Assembly (NCBI GenBank): GCA_023515725.1
Contig: JALDTO010000208.1
Location: 497,868 to 561,867, forward strand
Direction: 5' to 3'
From: Amoeboaphelidium protococcarum X5
Lineage: Eukaryota; Fungi; Aphelidiomycota
DNA length: 64,000 nt
This document shows positions 26,724 to 39,792 of this stretch, in pieces. The position numbers and the translations under genes were made by a program. The notes below the pieces were generated by a model that did not search any database, was not told the DNA's origin, and saw only the letters and a program-made list of their open reading frames with translations. Position 1 is the first letter of the stretch. Each line of letters begins with the position of its first letter.

Positions 26724-27890
26724 ATGTACATTCAAAGCGTAATGTCTTAGTATCAGTAGTATGCAGTTTCAAAGGATTAGCTCAAGGTATGCGGAGCTAT
26801 TCTGTTTTATATAATCACCTCAATTTCGATGGTGATTGCGAATAAACTGATGCTCAACAACCTCCCCGATCTACCTCTTACAGTGCTCGAACTACAATTA
26901 ATCTTCGCTGCTCTGATGATGCTTATTCTGCATCTTACTAGAATTATTAATCTGGGGACTTCAATCCTTGATATTGGAATAATTAAAAAGTTGTATCCTC
27001 TGATTGCGATTAATGTTGTGGGACTGTCATTGAATACTCTGTGTCTTAAGTACATTGACGCTAGCGTGTATCAAGTTGCTCGATCACTCATCCTGCCGTT
27101 CACTGTGCTATTTGAGAAATTTTATTTGTAAAAGACCGCGTCTAAAAATGTGTTAATATGCTGTGGTATAATATGTTTGGGATTCCTACTGGGGACTATT
27201 TAGCTGGACGTGGCATAGGCTCGTAGCGAAGTTTCGCTCGTTAGTAGCCAATTTCTTGGTGTTCTTTTTGGAGTATTATCGAGTATCACCACTGCAGCTC
27301 ATGCCATTATAATTAAAGGGGCCGTGGAAGTTGTCAAGGGCGATACGCTGAAATTGGTTTGGTACAATAATTTCTTATCTTCACTTGCATTGGCGCCTAT
27401 TATATTCGTATTTACAAGCGAGATTGACAGTTATGCCTCCATCCCTAGTTTTAATATTCTGGTGCATGGTACCATTGTCACTGGTATTGTCGGCACTCTC
27501 CTTAATCTGAGTGGTTTCTTGTAAATTAAACTGACATCTCCACTCACGCACATGGTGTCAAGTGCTCTTCGCGGAGTTTTGCAGACAATTCTCGCCGTTA
27601 TGGTGTTTAATGATGTCATCACGGCTGGAAGAATGGCTGGAATTATCTTTGTCATTGCCGGTAGTGCGGCGTATGCTTATCTTAAAGTCTCTGGAGATCC
27701 CAGTGACAAATAGCGATAGTAATATTAACATGTTGAGGCTAATGGGGAACTTGATACGAATGTTCCCCTTGAGTCGCCAATCAGGCTTCATGTTGACAAC
27801 TTTTCATCTGAATAGAGTAACGACTAATCGAAAGATCTATCAAGTCAATCTAAATAATATTCTACGCGTGAATAATAACATTAAAATTGA
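26724..27890 (+). CDS. Nucleotide-sugar transporter (GDP-fucose transporter/SLC35C-like)
   Basis: SISMVIANK, NTLCLKYIDASVYQVARSLILPFT, QIKLTSPLTHMVSSALRGVLQT; multi-TM. Confidence 0.88.
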
Positions 27891-28873
27891 TGCATTATTC
27901 CACACTTGATTCTTAAGATACTTTTTATAGTGCAGACTGTATTGTCGCGACGCGAAATTTTATAATCTGTGGGACATATCAAGTCGATAATGACACTCAA
28001 CACGATATTTATACGCGTAAAGGTCGCTTGCTTGTATATCGGTTGTCAGAGAGCGGTAAGAAGCTTTTATTGTGCCATACTGTTGAAAATGATGAATACT
28101 TTGGAGCTATACTGGGTATAGAACTGGTTGATGATTCGTAATTCTATGTATGCGATGCTAAAGGAGGAATATCTTTATTTGATCAATGCCAGGAAACTGG
28201 AGAGTTAACCTTTATCAAGCGCCAGATTATTGCTGAAAATGCTTTATGTCTGTCGATGAGCGTATGCCAAGATTTAATTGCAGTTTCAATGTCAAATGGA
28301 GATATCGTATTGCTTAAATAACGCGATTCCCAGCTTGCCATTGAAGATCAAAAGAAGGTTCATCAATTTGAAGCTTGGATTTGTAATATTGATCATCGCG
28401 ATCCTCAAATACTTTACTCTGGTGGAGATGATTGTGCGTTCTGTCGGATTGATACATCTTAAATGTCCCTATAGATAACACATAACCGTAGATCTCATGA
28501 TGCGGGCGTCACAGCCATAACCTTTCATCCTTCAGATTCATCCATAGTCCTCACTGGGAGCTATGATGAAACTTGTAAAATTTGGAACAAGTGTGATCTT
28601 AGTGTAAGGTAGACAATATAGATTGGAGGCGGAGTATGGCGAATCGACTTTTTTGATTATAATTTGCATTTGATTCTATGTGCATGCATGTATGAAGGTT
28701 TCAAAGTGGTTAATATAGAGAACTAGTGCGTAAAAATGGCGTATAATCGGCATTAGTCGATTGCATACGGCCAGAAAATCATTCGACAAATTAGCAGTCA
28801 ATAGGCATTGATTGTAACTTGTTCCTTTTATGACCATTCGATATAGTTATGGGAATGCTCCTTGAAAGAATGA
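27890..28873 (+). CDS. DPH7: Diphthine methyl ester hydrolase (WD40)
   Basis: DTFYSADC..ICGTYQ..RKGRL, HQFEAWI, YSGGDD, HDAGVT, TGSYDE, GGGVWR, HQSIAYG, CSFYDH. Confidence 0.92.
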
Positions 28874-28929
28874 ACGATAGATGCAACGTGTATAAATAAA
28901 TCAATATCTAATCAATCTAAACTTCATCA

Positions 28930-29823
28930 TCATAGGTAGTAACTTGCAATGAAACCGGCCAAACTCAGTAGCACACACAATAGAATACAGTTAACTAAAA
29001 ACTTATCTCCCTTCATCACGCCATCCAGAGCCTATTTCATTTTCATATTCACCTTATCAAGATGGACTTGCGCCTTATCAACTTTAGTATCAATGACATC
29101 AAGCATGGCGTTTTACTTCTGAATTTCCTGGTCCATGTTGATGGCAATCTCTTTGAGCACGCCCACATTCTACCGGATAGTGTCAAGATCCTGATCAATG
29201 GCTCTATTATTCTCCTGCAACAACTGCAAACCGGCTCCAACTTCTGGATCATCATCAATATCTGGCAGATTGGTTTAAAACGCAGCCTTTCCAGCAGGCT
29301 TACTATCAAAAGCAACAAAATCGAGTTTAGCGGATGCGGCACCATCAAACAATGCAGCCCGATCAGCGGATGTTTTATCGGTGTATCGCTTCTTCTCCAT
29401 CGTCTCAATTTCTTCAATGTGCTTCAATACCAGCTAGACAGTCTCCTCACGCTGCTTGACAATCTCCTAAGGTGATTGACCAGTTTGATCTTTGCCTTTC
29501 GTGTTCTCGCCCTTCTTCAAGATCTTCTTCTCCTCCTACTTCTACACAGTTTAGAACTTCATAGCGTCCTCTTTAATCTGCTTGATTCTTGCTCTGATCC
29601 TGTGAGATGCCTCTGCTGCATCCTTCGATCCGGGCTTTGTATTAAGAAGCTCTTCTCTCTCCTTCAACATGATTCGGACTTGTTTCACATCCTGATGCAG
29701 CAATTTCTTCAGTTTCGTAAATTCATCCATGTTTTACTCCTGTTATCTTCTCTCTTTGGATTGCGGATTGCATTCATTGTAGATGATCTACAATCGCTTG
29801 ACAGCATCCCTAAGCGTAGTCAT
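28930..29823 (-). CDS. Qc-SNARE, Syp7/syntaxin-71-like
   Basis: Habc-like N-terminus (DEFTKLKK..ERE..AEASHRIR), SNARE motif (IDQDLDTIRQNVGVLKEIA.NM..E..Q) and C-terminal TM helix. Confidence 0.75.
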
Positions 29824-30395
29824 TTCACCACTTGTATCGAATTGATATAGTTGTCGCACTATCTTACAGTAATGTTTGAAAAGTAAATTAGAAAACCAAG
29901 GAGATGATAATTGTTAATGCCGAACGGTTTACTTGAGGTGCAAGCGTTTGTTTGATCATCAGTGTGATGCTTGCCAACCGACGAGTGCTGGACGATGGTA
30001 GCTTTCTAACTACTGATTAGAGTTTGTCAAAGTATGATAGTATTTCAACAGCTACTACTTAAACTTGAACTAAAATTATAGTGAGCGCGTGGTTTTAAGA
30101 TTTTTTCGATCTGAAACGGTATTGAAGGGATAATGAAGTGTTGGTGAAACGTTTCGTATGACGATAATGTTTCCATGGACAAGTCACGCGCGGCCTGACA
30201 ACGTTTCGTCTCCTATCCCTCCCCGATCTTGAAACTTGTGTTTGTTGTTATTGTTGGTACGAAAGTTACTATTGACCAGATCGTTATCGTAAATAAAGCA
30301 CTGTATATACTGTGTATTTATTTCTTACAAATCGTTGCAGCCTTTTTTTGGCTCTCAAAGTTCTATAAATTTTGTATTATTATTCAAGAAAGAAC

Positions 30396-32350
30396 ATGGA
30401 GCACAGCGACATTAGTTACGTAGGAATCATCTTGTACAATATGATCAACTCTCAAGATGGTATTAATAGTCAAGGCCGTCCGACTGTTAGATACCTGTTT
30501 GTGCAGGAAAACTCTGACTGGTGGTTCTGCTTTACTAGAGTTGATCCATACAATCCTCAATCTCATTTGCCGTAAGATTTATTTGACTGTTTCATCCATA
30601 ATTGATGTTGTTGTTGTTGTGATCGCCTTATGTGTATGGTAGTGAGCTTATGCATAAATTAAGAATTTCATGTGGAATCGATGAAGTCCAAGTTGCTTTG
30701 GATAGTGGATTTCATGCTAAGCTGACTAATGATGAAAATGGGAAACCGTTGAGCACTTTGTACTTGGTTGGCTAGTTCAAGGGACCGCCGATGGTCAGTG
30801 GAACGTGGCTCTCACTTGAAGAGTGCTGTGGATTGTTGAAGCACGAGACGGAGTAGTAGTTGCTATCATAAGCCCATGATCATATTTTGGCCAAGTGGAA
30901 TGCCGGTAAGATGTAGTAGGCATATAGCACTATGCCTTAGTAGAGTCCGGTGTAGTTCTCGCCGTTTGAACCCAGTGTTTAGATTCGTCATTTCAACGAT
31001 GTGAATCACGCCTACCGATAGAATCTTCCGGCGATGATTAATACCAACATCAATCCGGCAAAATTGGTGGACAATAAGTTGTACAAGACTAAGATATGTC
31101 GCACATTTGAATTGGAGGGTGATTGTCCATATGGATCTCGTTGCCATTTCGCTCATGGCTAGGCTGAGTTGAGACGTGTTTCTTTAGCTTCTGCAGTGAG
31201 TGATGACTTTGATATCACGAAACAGTTTCCCACGTCGTTGAATTTGGACTCTGCCACGTCGGACATTAATACTTTGATTAGAAGTAGATCTGTGTCATCG
31301 CCATAGCCTCCGCTCACATCTAGTCTCAGATTTACAGAGATGTAGAAACCTTACAATAACAAGTTTAAGACCAGAATGTGCGACAAATGGCTTGTGACAG
31401 GATTCTGTCCGTATGGTAGTAAATGCACTTTTGCTCATGGTGAACAGGAGCTGCGCCTACCATCTCCCACCGCACCTGGTTTTGTCGCTGTGGAGCGTTC
31501 CATCAGCTCATGTGATGCACCTATGCAATCGGAGGAGTTTGGAAAGTTCACGGATGGTCTATCCACCAACGCGCTCTTTGATAGCAGTAAGAGCGATAGT
31601 TTTTCTAGTGGCAATGCGGCAAATTCCTCTGCTAATAATGTGCGTGCAAGTATCTGGTCATCCTCGGGTTTCTCTACATCTGTAGCTGCTCCATCCGTGA
31701 TTAAAAGTCCTCTGAGTATGACATCTGGATTTTAACCATCTTCTAAAATTGGGAAATCTGTGGGATAATTGCAGGTCGTAGTGGATTCGCTTTTGTTATC
31801 CAGACAATCCGGTGATGACTAGATCATTTCTGCATTGAAGCCTTTTGTTTAAGGAATACCTCGCGATGAGTTTCATAGTGTCCTGATTGGTTGTATCTTA
31901 CGCTAGAGCGTTGATGGTTAGATTTCTATTGGTCGTTCTTCTGATCCAGCTGCTCTATTCCGTTAGGCAGTTCCTATAGTTAAAGCGCTCGTCTCGCCAT
32001 CCGTTCTGTAATCTTTTGCCTTCATGATTGCTCTGAATGAGTTTATAGATAATTATTGGACGTTGGCGTTCACTTAAACTCACTCAACCTCTATCGCGTC
32101 TATATTGATCAGTGAATGCCAATTTAGTCAAGAGACTTTTATTGCATGGTACAATTACGTTAATCTGCAGCAGGGCAAGACGGCAGACGGTAATGCGTAA
32201 TAGATTGGGCCTACAAGTTATCAGGAGTAGCAGGCGGCTGTAGTGTCGCCGCAGAGTAGAAACTAGTCAAAATTCAAATCCGCCATAAAAACGTTTGTTG
32301 AGAAGCTGGAAGTTCAAAATAACTCCTCTTACTAATTTATATAATATTGA
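30396..32350 (+). CDS. Tandem CCCH (TTP/ZFP36-type) zinc-finger protein with degenerate Nudix-like N-terminus and W2-like C-terminus
   Basis: [27 protein letters not shown] and [26 protein letters not shown]. Intron 30572-30642. Confidence 0.85.
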
Positions 32351-32782
32351 TGTGACTTATTTGAAATAATAAAATAGGCTTTAAGTCGTTATGATTGAAG
32401 AATTGAAATCTTTGAATTACCCTGGCTTTGATCACACCTTAATGGGTAGTGTATACAAACAGTCTTTGTAAATAGAAACTCTGATGACTTTGCGGAGTGT
32501 TTCGCAATTCGACAATTTCTCACCGTCTCCTCTGTACCTTCAATCGCGTCACTTGCCACTAGCGTGTAAATTGGTCCCCCTGGGAATATTCTGTCGTAGC
32601 TGTTTGTTTCGGGATTATTTATTTTCAACTTCAATTTGTTGTTTCTCTTCTTCTGTTTGTTATACAACTATTACTTATTCACTCACTCTGTGCATACTGA
32701 AGTACAGTTATTATTTGGCATATATTCAGCCTATTATTTAGTTTTAGTTATCAGAACGGATATCAATTTGAGTTGGATAATT

Positions 32783-35656
32783 ATGCCTGAAGTACTGCCT
32801 GTTTATGGATTGTTTCTGTGTCCTGTTGGTGTGGAAGAAAGTGGCAATGTTAGTGTGCCACTGAAGCATGTCCATGCCGCAGTCGATATTCTAGATACAG
32901 TCAGTCATGTCTAGATTACCTAAAAGTATCACAATAGTACCAGTACTCGCGCTGAAGTTGTATATAAATTTCCTCTAGCATTTAATTCTGCTGTTAACAA
33001 GTTCCAGGCCAAGATCTTCCCCGCTGATGGATCTGAACCGCGCACCATTGTCGGTGTGGTGAAGGAGAAAGATGAAGCTGCTAAAGAGTACAAGTAGGCC
33101 GTGAGTCAGGGTCACCGTGCTGCATTGCTGGAAGAGACTAAAGCTGATATTTTCACAATTACTTTGGGTAATTTGGATGTGAATGAGACCATTGAACTCA
33201 CCATAGGTTATGTGTCTGATGTTCTGGGTGATGATGAGTGTGATAAGCTGCGTTTTGTTCTACCAACCACCATCAGTCCGAGATATATTCCTGCTGGTTA
33301 AGACTCTGGTAATGCTTTTACAGATGCTACTGGTCTGTAGTCTGGCTCTGGGGATAATAGCTCAAACATCAATGATGCCGCTGCTAACTACAAGCTGTCG
33401 GTCGACGTTAACATTTTAATGAACGATACTATTTTATCGGTAGAATCTCCATCTCATCCTGTTAACATCACCAAGGATAGCAGTAATCCGCGCACTTCTA
33501 AGGTTAGCTTGGCTTGGAAAGACACCTTTCTCGACAAGGACTTTGTGCTGGTTGTAAAGACTGAGAATTTTTCTGATCCAAGAGTTTTGGTGGAGTATAA
33601 TGAGAAGACTGGTACGCATGCAATGCTAATTACTATGGTTCCTAGATTTAAATTGGAAGAGTTACCTTGTGAGTTCATCTTTGTGGCTGATAGATCCGGT
33701 TCTATGGAGGGATTCAAGATTGAGATGGTTAAGTAGGCACTGGAGCTCTTTTTGAAGTCTCTGCCAGAGAATAGTTACTTCAATATCATTGGTTTTGGCT
33801 CAAGTTATCAGTCTCTGTTTTCAGAGTCTAGGCATTACTCAGAGGCTAGTTTGAATGAGGCCATGGCTCATGTGCGAACTGTCAGAGCTGATCTTGGTGG
33901 TACCGAGCTTAGGTAGCCTTTAGAATTTGCTCTATAGACGTGTCCGAAGATTTCTGGGTTTAATAGACGCATTTTCGTGCTTACTGATGGAGAGGTTGGT
34001 AATACTGATGAAATCAAGCAGCTAGTTACAAATCAGTGTAAGAGTAAGGATACTTGCGTTTATAGTTTGGGCATTGGAAACTCTGTGTCTCATGAACTTG
34101 TTGATGGCATTGCACTTGGTGGTCATGGTAATGCAGAATACGCCATGGAGAATGAGCGTTTGGAAAAGAAGATTTTGAAGCAGCTGAAGATGAGCATGGT
34201 TCCTCTACTGAAAGATTTGAAGGTGGAGTGGATTAAGAAGGAGGATTTGTAAGTGGTTGTCGGTAACTCTGGAGAAGGCGAGAAAAAGAACGGCGCCGGC
34301 TAAGAGCAGAAAAAGGGTGGTGTTATGTCATTCTTTAGTAAGGCAATTAATCCGGATACTTACGCTCTTTCAAGTAGTGACCAGGACTTGGAAGCTGCTG
34401 TAATCCAACAGGCTCCTGCGGCGATTCCTTAGCTGTTGCCTGGAAAGAGATTCTTAATATTTTGTTTTGTCAAGAGTCCACAGTCAATATCCAAAAGTAT
34501 TAAGCTGTCAGGTACAAGTATTGAAGGGCCTATCGAGCTGGAGCTGCCAGTTGATCAGTCTAAAGTGGTCAAGCTAAAGGAAAATCAGCCTGCTGTTATT
34601 CATGCTTTGGCTGCCAGGAAGTTGATTTAAGATCTGGAGAATGAAAAGTCTTTTGCGCATTATAAGCACAATAAGTCGGGTGTTGTGTTCTTTAATGAGC
34701 CAGTTGCAAAGCCTCCTACTATGAACTAGCTGAAGAAGGAAATTGTCCATCTTGGTGTCTCTTTTCAGCTAATGTCTAGGTATACCTCGTTTGTGGCTGT
34801 CGATCATAGTCAGACTGTTGTGTCTCATGGTGCATTACAAAAGATAGTCGTGCCTACTCGTAATGATCTGAATGGCGGATAGTAGAATTTCTATTCATCT
34901 CGTAGTGCTTCTGCCGCTCCAATGATGATGGCATTCGCTGCTGCTCCTGCTCAACCATCCCCACCACCACCAACTTCATTTGGAGGGGCTGGTCCAATGG
35001 TTATGTCTATGGCGATGCCTGTTGCTGCTCCGCCACCATCTGCAAAATCCATGCCAGCTGGTGCTCCATAACCAGTGTAATTTGAATCAGCCCGTAATGC
35101 TAAAGTTTCTGCGCCAATGAAGAAGAGTTCGCGTTAGAAAAAGGCTGTAGTGTAAGACTAGGAAGAGGCATAATGTGAGAGTTATTGTCCATCTGACGCT
35201 TTCGATGATAGAATGCATGAATAAGATGTGCCAATGGCTGAATCCTCTATGCGTTTTGGCTCGGGTAAAGTTTAGGTTGAAGAAAAAGCGGATCCTCGCT
35301 CTGTCCTGACTTAAATTGTCAGATTGCAAGCTTTTAATGGCAGCTATCCAAGTGCTGTTGCGGGTAAGCTTTAGACTATCGTTGACGGTTTTAATTTCAT
35401 GTCGACCACTTTATTCCAAGAAGTCTAGAAATTGGCTGCATAATCAAGTGTTGACGAGGATGTCCAAAAGTCTGTCGCTGTTACTGCATTTGTTATCGCA
35501 TTCTTCACTATCAAGCTGTCTTCATTCAAAGATGAATGGGAACTGGTCGTGAAAAAGTCTGAAAAATGGTTGACCCAAACTTTGGGTGATCAAGACAAGA
35601 CTGAAAAGGTTATAGAATCTGCAAAGAATGTTGTCAGTCAAATGCCTAATGTTTGA
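32783..35656 (+). CDS. VIT + von Willebrand A domain protein (VWA5A-like)
   Basis: VIT domain (VPLKHV..EVVYKFPL..LGNL), MIDAS DRSGSM, GGTE, LTDGEV, GIG, MSRYTSFVAVD. Confidence 0.92.
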
Positions 35657-35810
35657 TTGTAGTTGTCTACTTGCTATATTGGCTGAGAAAGATATTGCTG
35701 AATAAATTATGAATTTTATTGAAAATAAATGGTAATGATATGAAATGTAATGTAAGCCTAGTTTAAATCAGTTTATTCTTTCTACAGTAGACATTAGAGC
35801 AAGTATACAT

Positions 35811-37049
35811 TCACAGACCACACTTTATTGACGATGTATTTGAGGCACCACTAACGATACCAGCTGACGAAGTGGCACTCAGAATAGAGCCAGCCATCTA
35901 GATTGTCCACCGCAGAGCAGGATCTTTATTAAGCAACCCACTCAACAATCTGAGAATAGGAAGAGACAGATCTTTGCGCGGTGAATGGTATTCCCTATTC
36001 AGAGTATCGACTGGCGTCTTAAATGGCGGATGACCATTGAGGCAGGTGTACAAAATTACCCCCAAACACCAAGCCTCAGCTTTATCTGGCGAGTAGGCCT
36101 AACCAAGTAGAACTTCAGGTGGTGCATATTTCAGGGTACCATAAAATCTTGTCAACTTTTGCTCCGTCACTGCCGGCAGGATAAGCGCGCTTCCAAAATC
36201 TATAATCTTTACATGGTAATTCTAATCAATTGAAATATTCTCGTCTTTGAGATCCATATGATACACATTCATACTCTTCAGATAGACGCAAGCGTCGTGC
36301 ACCTACTTCATAACATAAGCCGCCACTTGTTCAGTGAGAGGACCGCGTTATTCAATGCACTCAAACAGGTCACCAGGCCTGATATCATCCACTTTATTAT
36401 TACTTTATTGCTACTAAGACTACTACTTTGTCTAAAACTAGGCTCCATTACCGGTAGATTAAGTGCCAGCATGGGAAGGAGACCATTGATGACCAAAATG
36501 CTCCATAACGATGTAATGCGCGTTAGAGTCACAGATATAATCAACCAACTGGATAACATTCGGATGCTTTAGACGACGCAGAATATACACCTCAATAGGT
36601 ACAATGCTCTACTGGCCAGCTACAAGGGTAGGATCTATGACCATCCGATGATCAGGTACTTTATTGCGTGGAATACACTTAATGGCCACTTTCATTCCAT
36701 CGGTATTACGAATGGCCTTGTAAACTTTGCCAGATCCTCCCGAGCCGATGATGGACATACATGTATACTTCATGATGAGCGATAGAGGCATATCGATCAG
36801 TTGACTAAATGGCATTCCATGCACCTTGACATGATACTACAACTACTACTGCTGCTGTTATTACTAAGCAGGCGGAGTAGATATAGGAGTAGGTGGTGCA
36901 GCAGAGATGAGCGACTTCTATGACGCAAGCGATCTCCCATTACCATAAAGACCGTGAGCGCCACCTTCACCAGCAGAAGGACGGATTACAGTAACACAAC
37001 TTGGCGGCTATTACTACTAGCAGTGCCGCGAACTAACCAGGTGCGTCAT
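35811..37049 (-). CDS. Ser/Thr protein kinase, PASK/PIM-like
   Basis: IGSGGSGKVY, VAIK, VPIEVYIL, HMDLKDENI, DFG, GTLKYAPPE. Confidence 0.9.
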
Positions 37050-38383
37050 TTATATGATGCTTAGATATTAATATAGATATATATATTGACTTGTACGATG
37101 GCAACTAACTATTTCAGACGTGAATTCAAAACAACAACCTAACCAGAGACAGACAGATTGATGATATACGCAAATATATAGCAAAAAGATGCGAGTACAA
37201 GAGATCAATTGCAGCGGATGATAGATAACGTTGACGTAATACCAGCGGAATATTACGGCGAGATGAGATGTGCAAGAAATTGATGAATTATTTATGCGTC
37301 GGAGATGAGTGAGTGAATGTGTGATCAATAAAATAATGATCGGGGCTTTGAACTGGAGTGCGTGTGAGTAATGAGTTGTTTCGCTGAGGCCGAAAGGGGC
37401 CATTCATAAATCTGCGCGGGCCGATTTCTCATCAAACGATATCAAGATCTAGACTCTCATTGTTTGACGGTCGGCTCTTCATAAGATCACCAGATGGCTT
37501 GTGGGTAATGTATAGCTAACTTGAATTCTTGTTTTATATTAATTTTACGTCCTTTTATCTCTATACTACTTCCACTTATTGGCTGTCATTATCGGTAATT
37601 TGGTGATTATAGTCACCCTGGTCGAGTCACTAAATCTGCGGTTGTGTAAACCACATGGCTTACAAGATGATGAGTACGATGATCATGCGTCAGCGCCTCA
37701 ATATTTGGTTGATGCGTCATAAATCATTTAGTGGAATTTCAGCTTATTGAACTTGGATAAAGTTTCACACTAAAATGTAAATACAAGAGCACCTTGTTAA
37801 AGTGACAGCTAGTTGTTGGCGTTTGAGGTGTGAATGATCCCGGTTACTAAGCGACCTTCTTTCGTATTCATGAATTCTAGGCCTTTAGTGTTTGGGCACA
37901 AATCATTTGACGTTCTTGAACTCGGTCTTATCAAGTTTATTTCAGGTAGTTCACTCTTACACAGTCTTTATTTTTACACAAGTTTTTTATTAGAATGAAA
38001 ATTGACTCTTTTAGAGTGTGTTAAGAGAATGAGTTATAGCGTGTCAAGTAACAGCTATATGTGAAATGAACCATCACCACAGTGGTTTATCGAAACAAGA
38101 TCTAGCTCAGATTAATCCAGATCTAGTAAAGATAATGGAGCAACACATTTGATATAGCATTTATTACCCATCTTTTATACGTTATAAATGGATTATATTG
38201 CTTTCATACCTCATCGGCCCAGTAGGTAATAGACGTCCATTGATCGCAATGTGCGCAGGATGATTGCAATTGTACCCCTTAACACATTGCAACAATAGCA
38301 AGTATTAGATTGTTGTCACGTTATCCGCTTACAAGAAATATATCAGTAAACACTATACGATACTGCAGAATATATAGTCTAGC

Positions 38384-39694
38384 ATGGAGTAGAATAAAGC
38401 AGAGTCTGCACACGAGAGCTTGGAGTCTGTGAACGCGTTCAACGGTAATCTTCACGCGAAATTGTGGCCTTATGAGATAGAGCAGAGAGAGAAATGCAAA
38501 GAGCTGTTGGTGAGACTAATTGCATGGAAGCCGCTGTTTGATCAATTGATTAGCTACTTTTAGTCATTTGAATAGTCCTATAGCAACATGAACAAGGAAA
38601 CCAAGAAGTTGGGTGCAAAGTTGTTTGCCAATCTACAGGGCACTCCCTTAGATGCAGTTGAATTGTCTAGCCCATTACAAGTATTTTTCGATGCTGTGGC
38701 GAGTTAGAATGATCAGACGGCGCGCAATATTTAGGTGCAGCTAGTAGATCAGTGCAAGCAGCTATAAGCTAAGCATTTGAATGATACAAAAGAATTGAGA
38801 CTTAAAATCACTAAATTATTAGAATCCATGGCGAAAGAGCGCAAGAAGGCACTGAAGACTATGCAATCGCATATCCAACAATGTCAGCAGGTTAAAGTTA
38901 ATAAGACCTCCGACAAAGCAGCTGTTGATCCATGGCTTACTGAAGCTACGGTGAAGCATGAGGTTCGTCAGATTGTACAATTTGAGAATGAGAGCAGAGT
39001 TAGGTTGCACTCACTGCACTCTGAAGCCCGTCTTCTTGATGTCAGTCTGCTGGCAGAGTTTAAAAAGTTGATGCACGCGTTTTTATCTGTTCAAAGTGTG
39101 CATCTGGGAGAGATGAAGAAGCACTTGGCCAATGTGGAAAATGTTCTCCAAGGAGCTGAAGATGGTCATGTCTTTGACGAGTATTGTCGCAAGCAGTAGC
39201 TAATTGACGCGCCATGTTTTAAGCCAGATTTGACCATTGAGTAATTTCCATGGCCGCAGCAGTTGAAAGAGCAGGAGCAGAACAAGGTTCTTCTGGATGG
39301 AGTACTCGAGCGTCCTGGCTCCGTGAAGAGTAGCCATTTCCGTCCATCTTATTTTGTGCTTACTGAAAATGGTTTCCTGCACTGCTTCAAGGTGAAGAGC
39401 TCCTCCACCCTGGACAAGAAGTATTTGGACGAGATCAAATCGGACCCGTCGAACATTAAGTACTCAATCTATTTGCGCACACCTCGCATCAACATCATGT
39501 AGTCTCTGATCAATGTCAACTGCATCGATATTATTGTCCCTGAACCCAAAAGTGGTCTATTTCAGTCGAAGAACGCGGAGAAGGAAGTCAAGTATTTGAT
39601 CAAGGCCAATAGCGAACATGATATGAACCAGTGGATTGAAGCAATCAGCAAGTTTTTATCTCTAAACAGAGCCCGTCCAGACATTGAAGAGTGA
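38384..39694 (+). CDS. BAR-PH domain protein (Slm1-like)
   Basis: RLIAWKPL..YFQ, DPWL in the helical BAR region; PH domain GVLER..YFVLTENGFLHCF..MNQWIEAI. Confidence 0.8.
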
Positions 39695-39792
39695 TTATCA
39701 TCATCATCGTCATGAGAGTAATTTGATTTACAGTAGATAAAAGGTCATTAATTTACACTTGATTCTATTCCGTTTATTAAATACAATGTTCA

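Noticed and set aside
29062-29850. Long plus-strand ORFs in the supplied track (also 10429-10770, 41552-41980, 62256-62782)
   Set aside because: Antisense shadows of real minus-strand genes.
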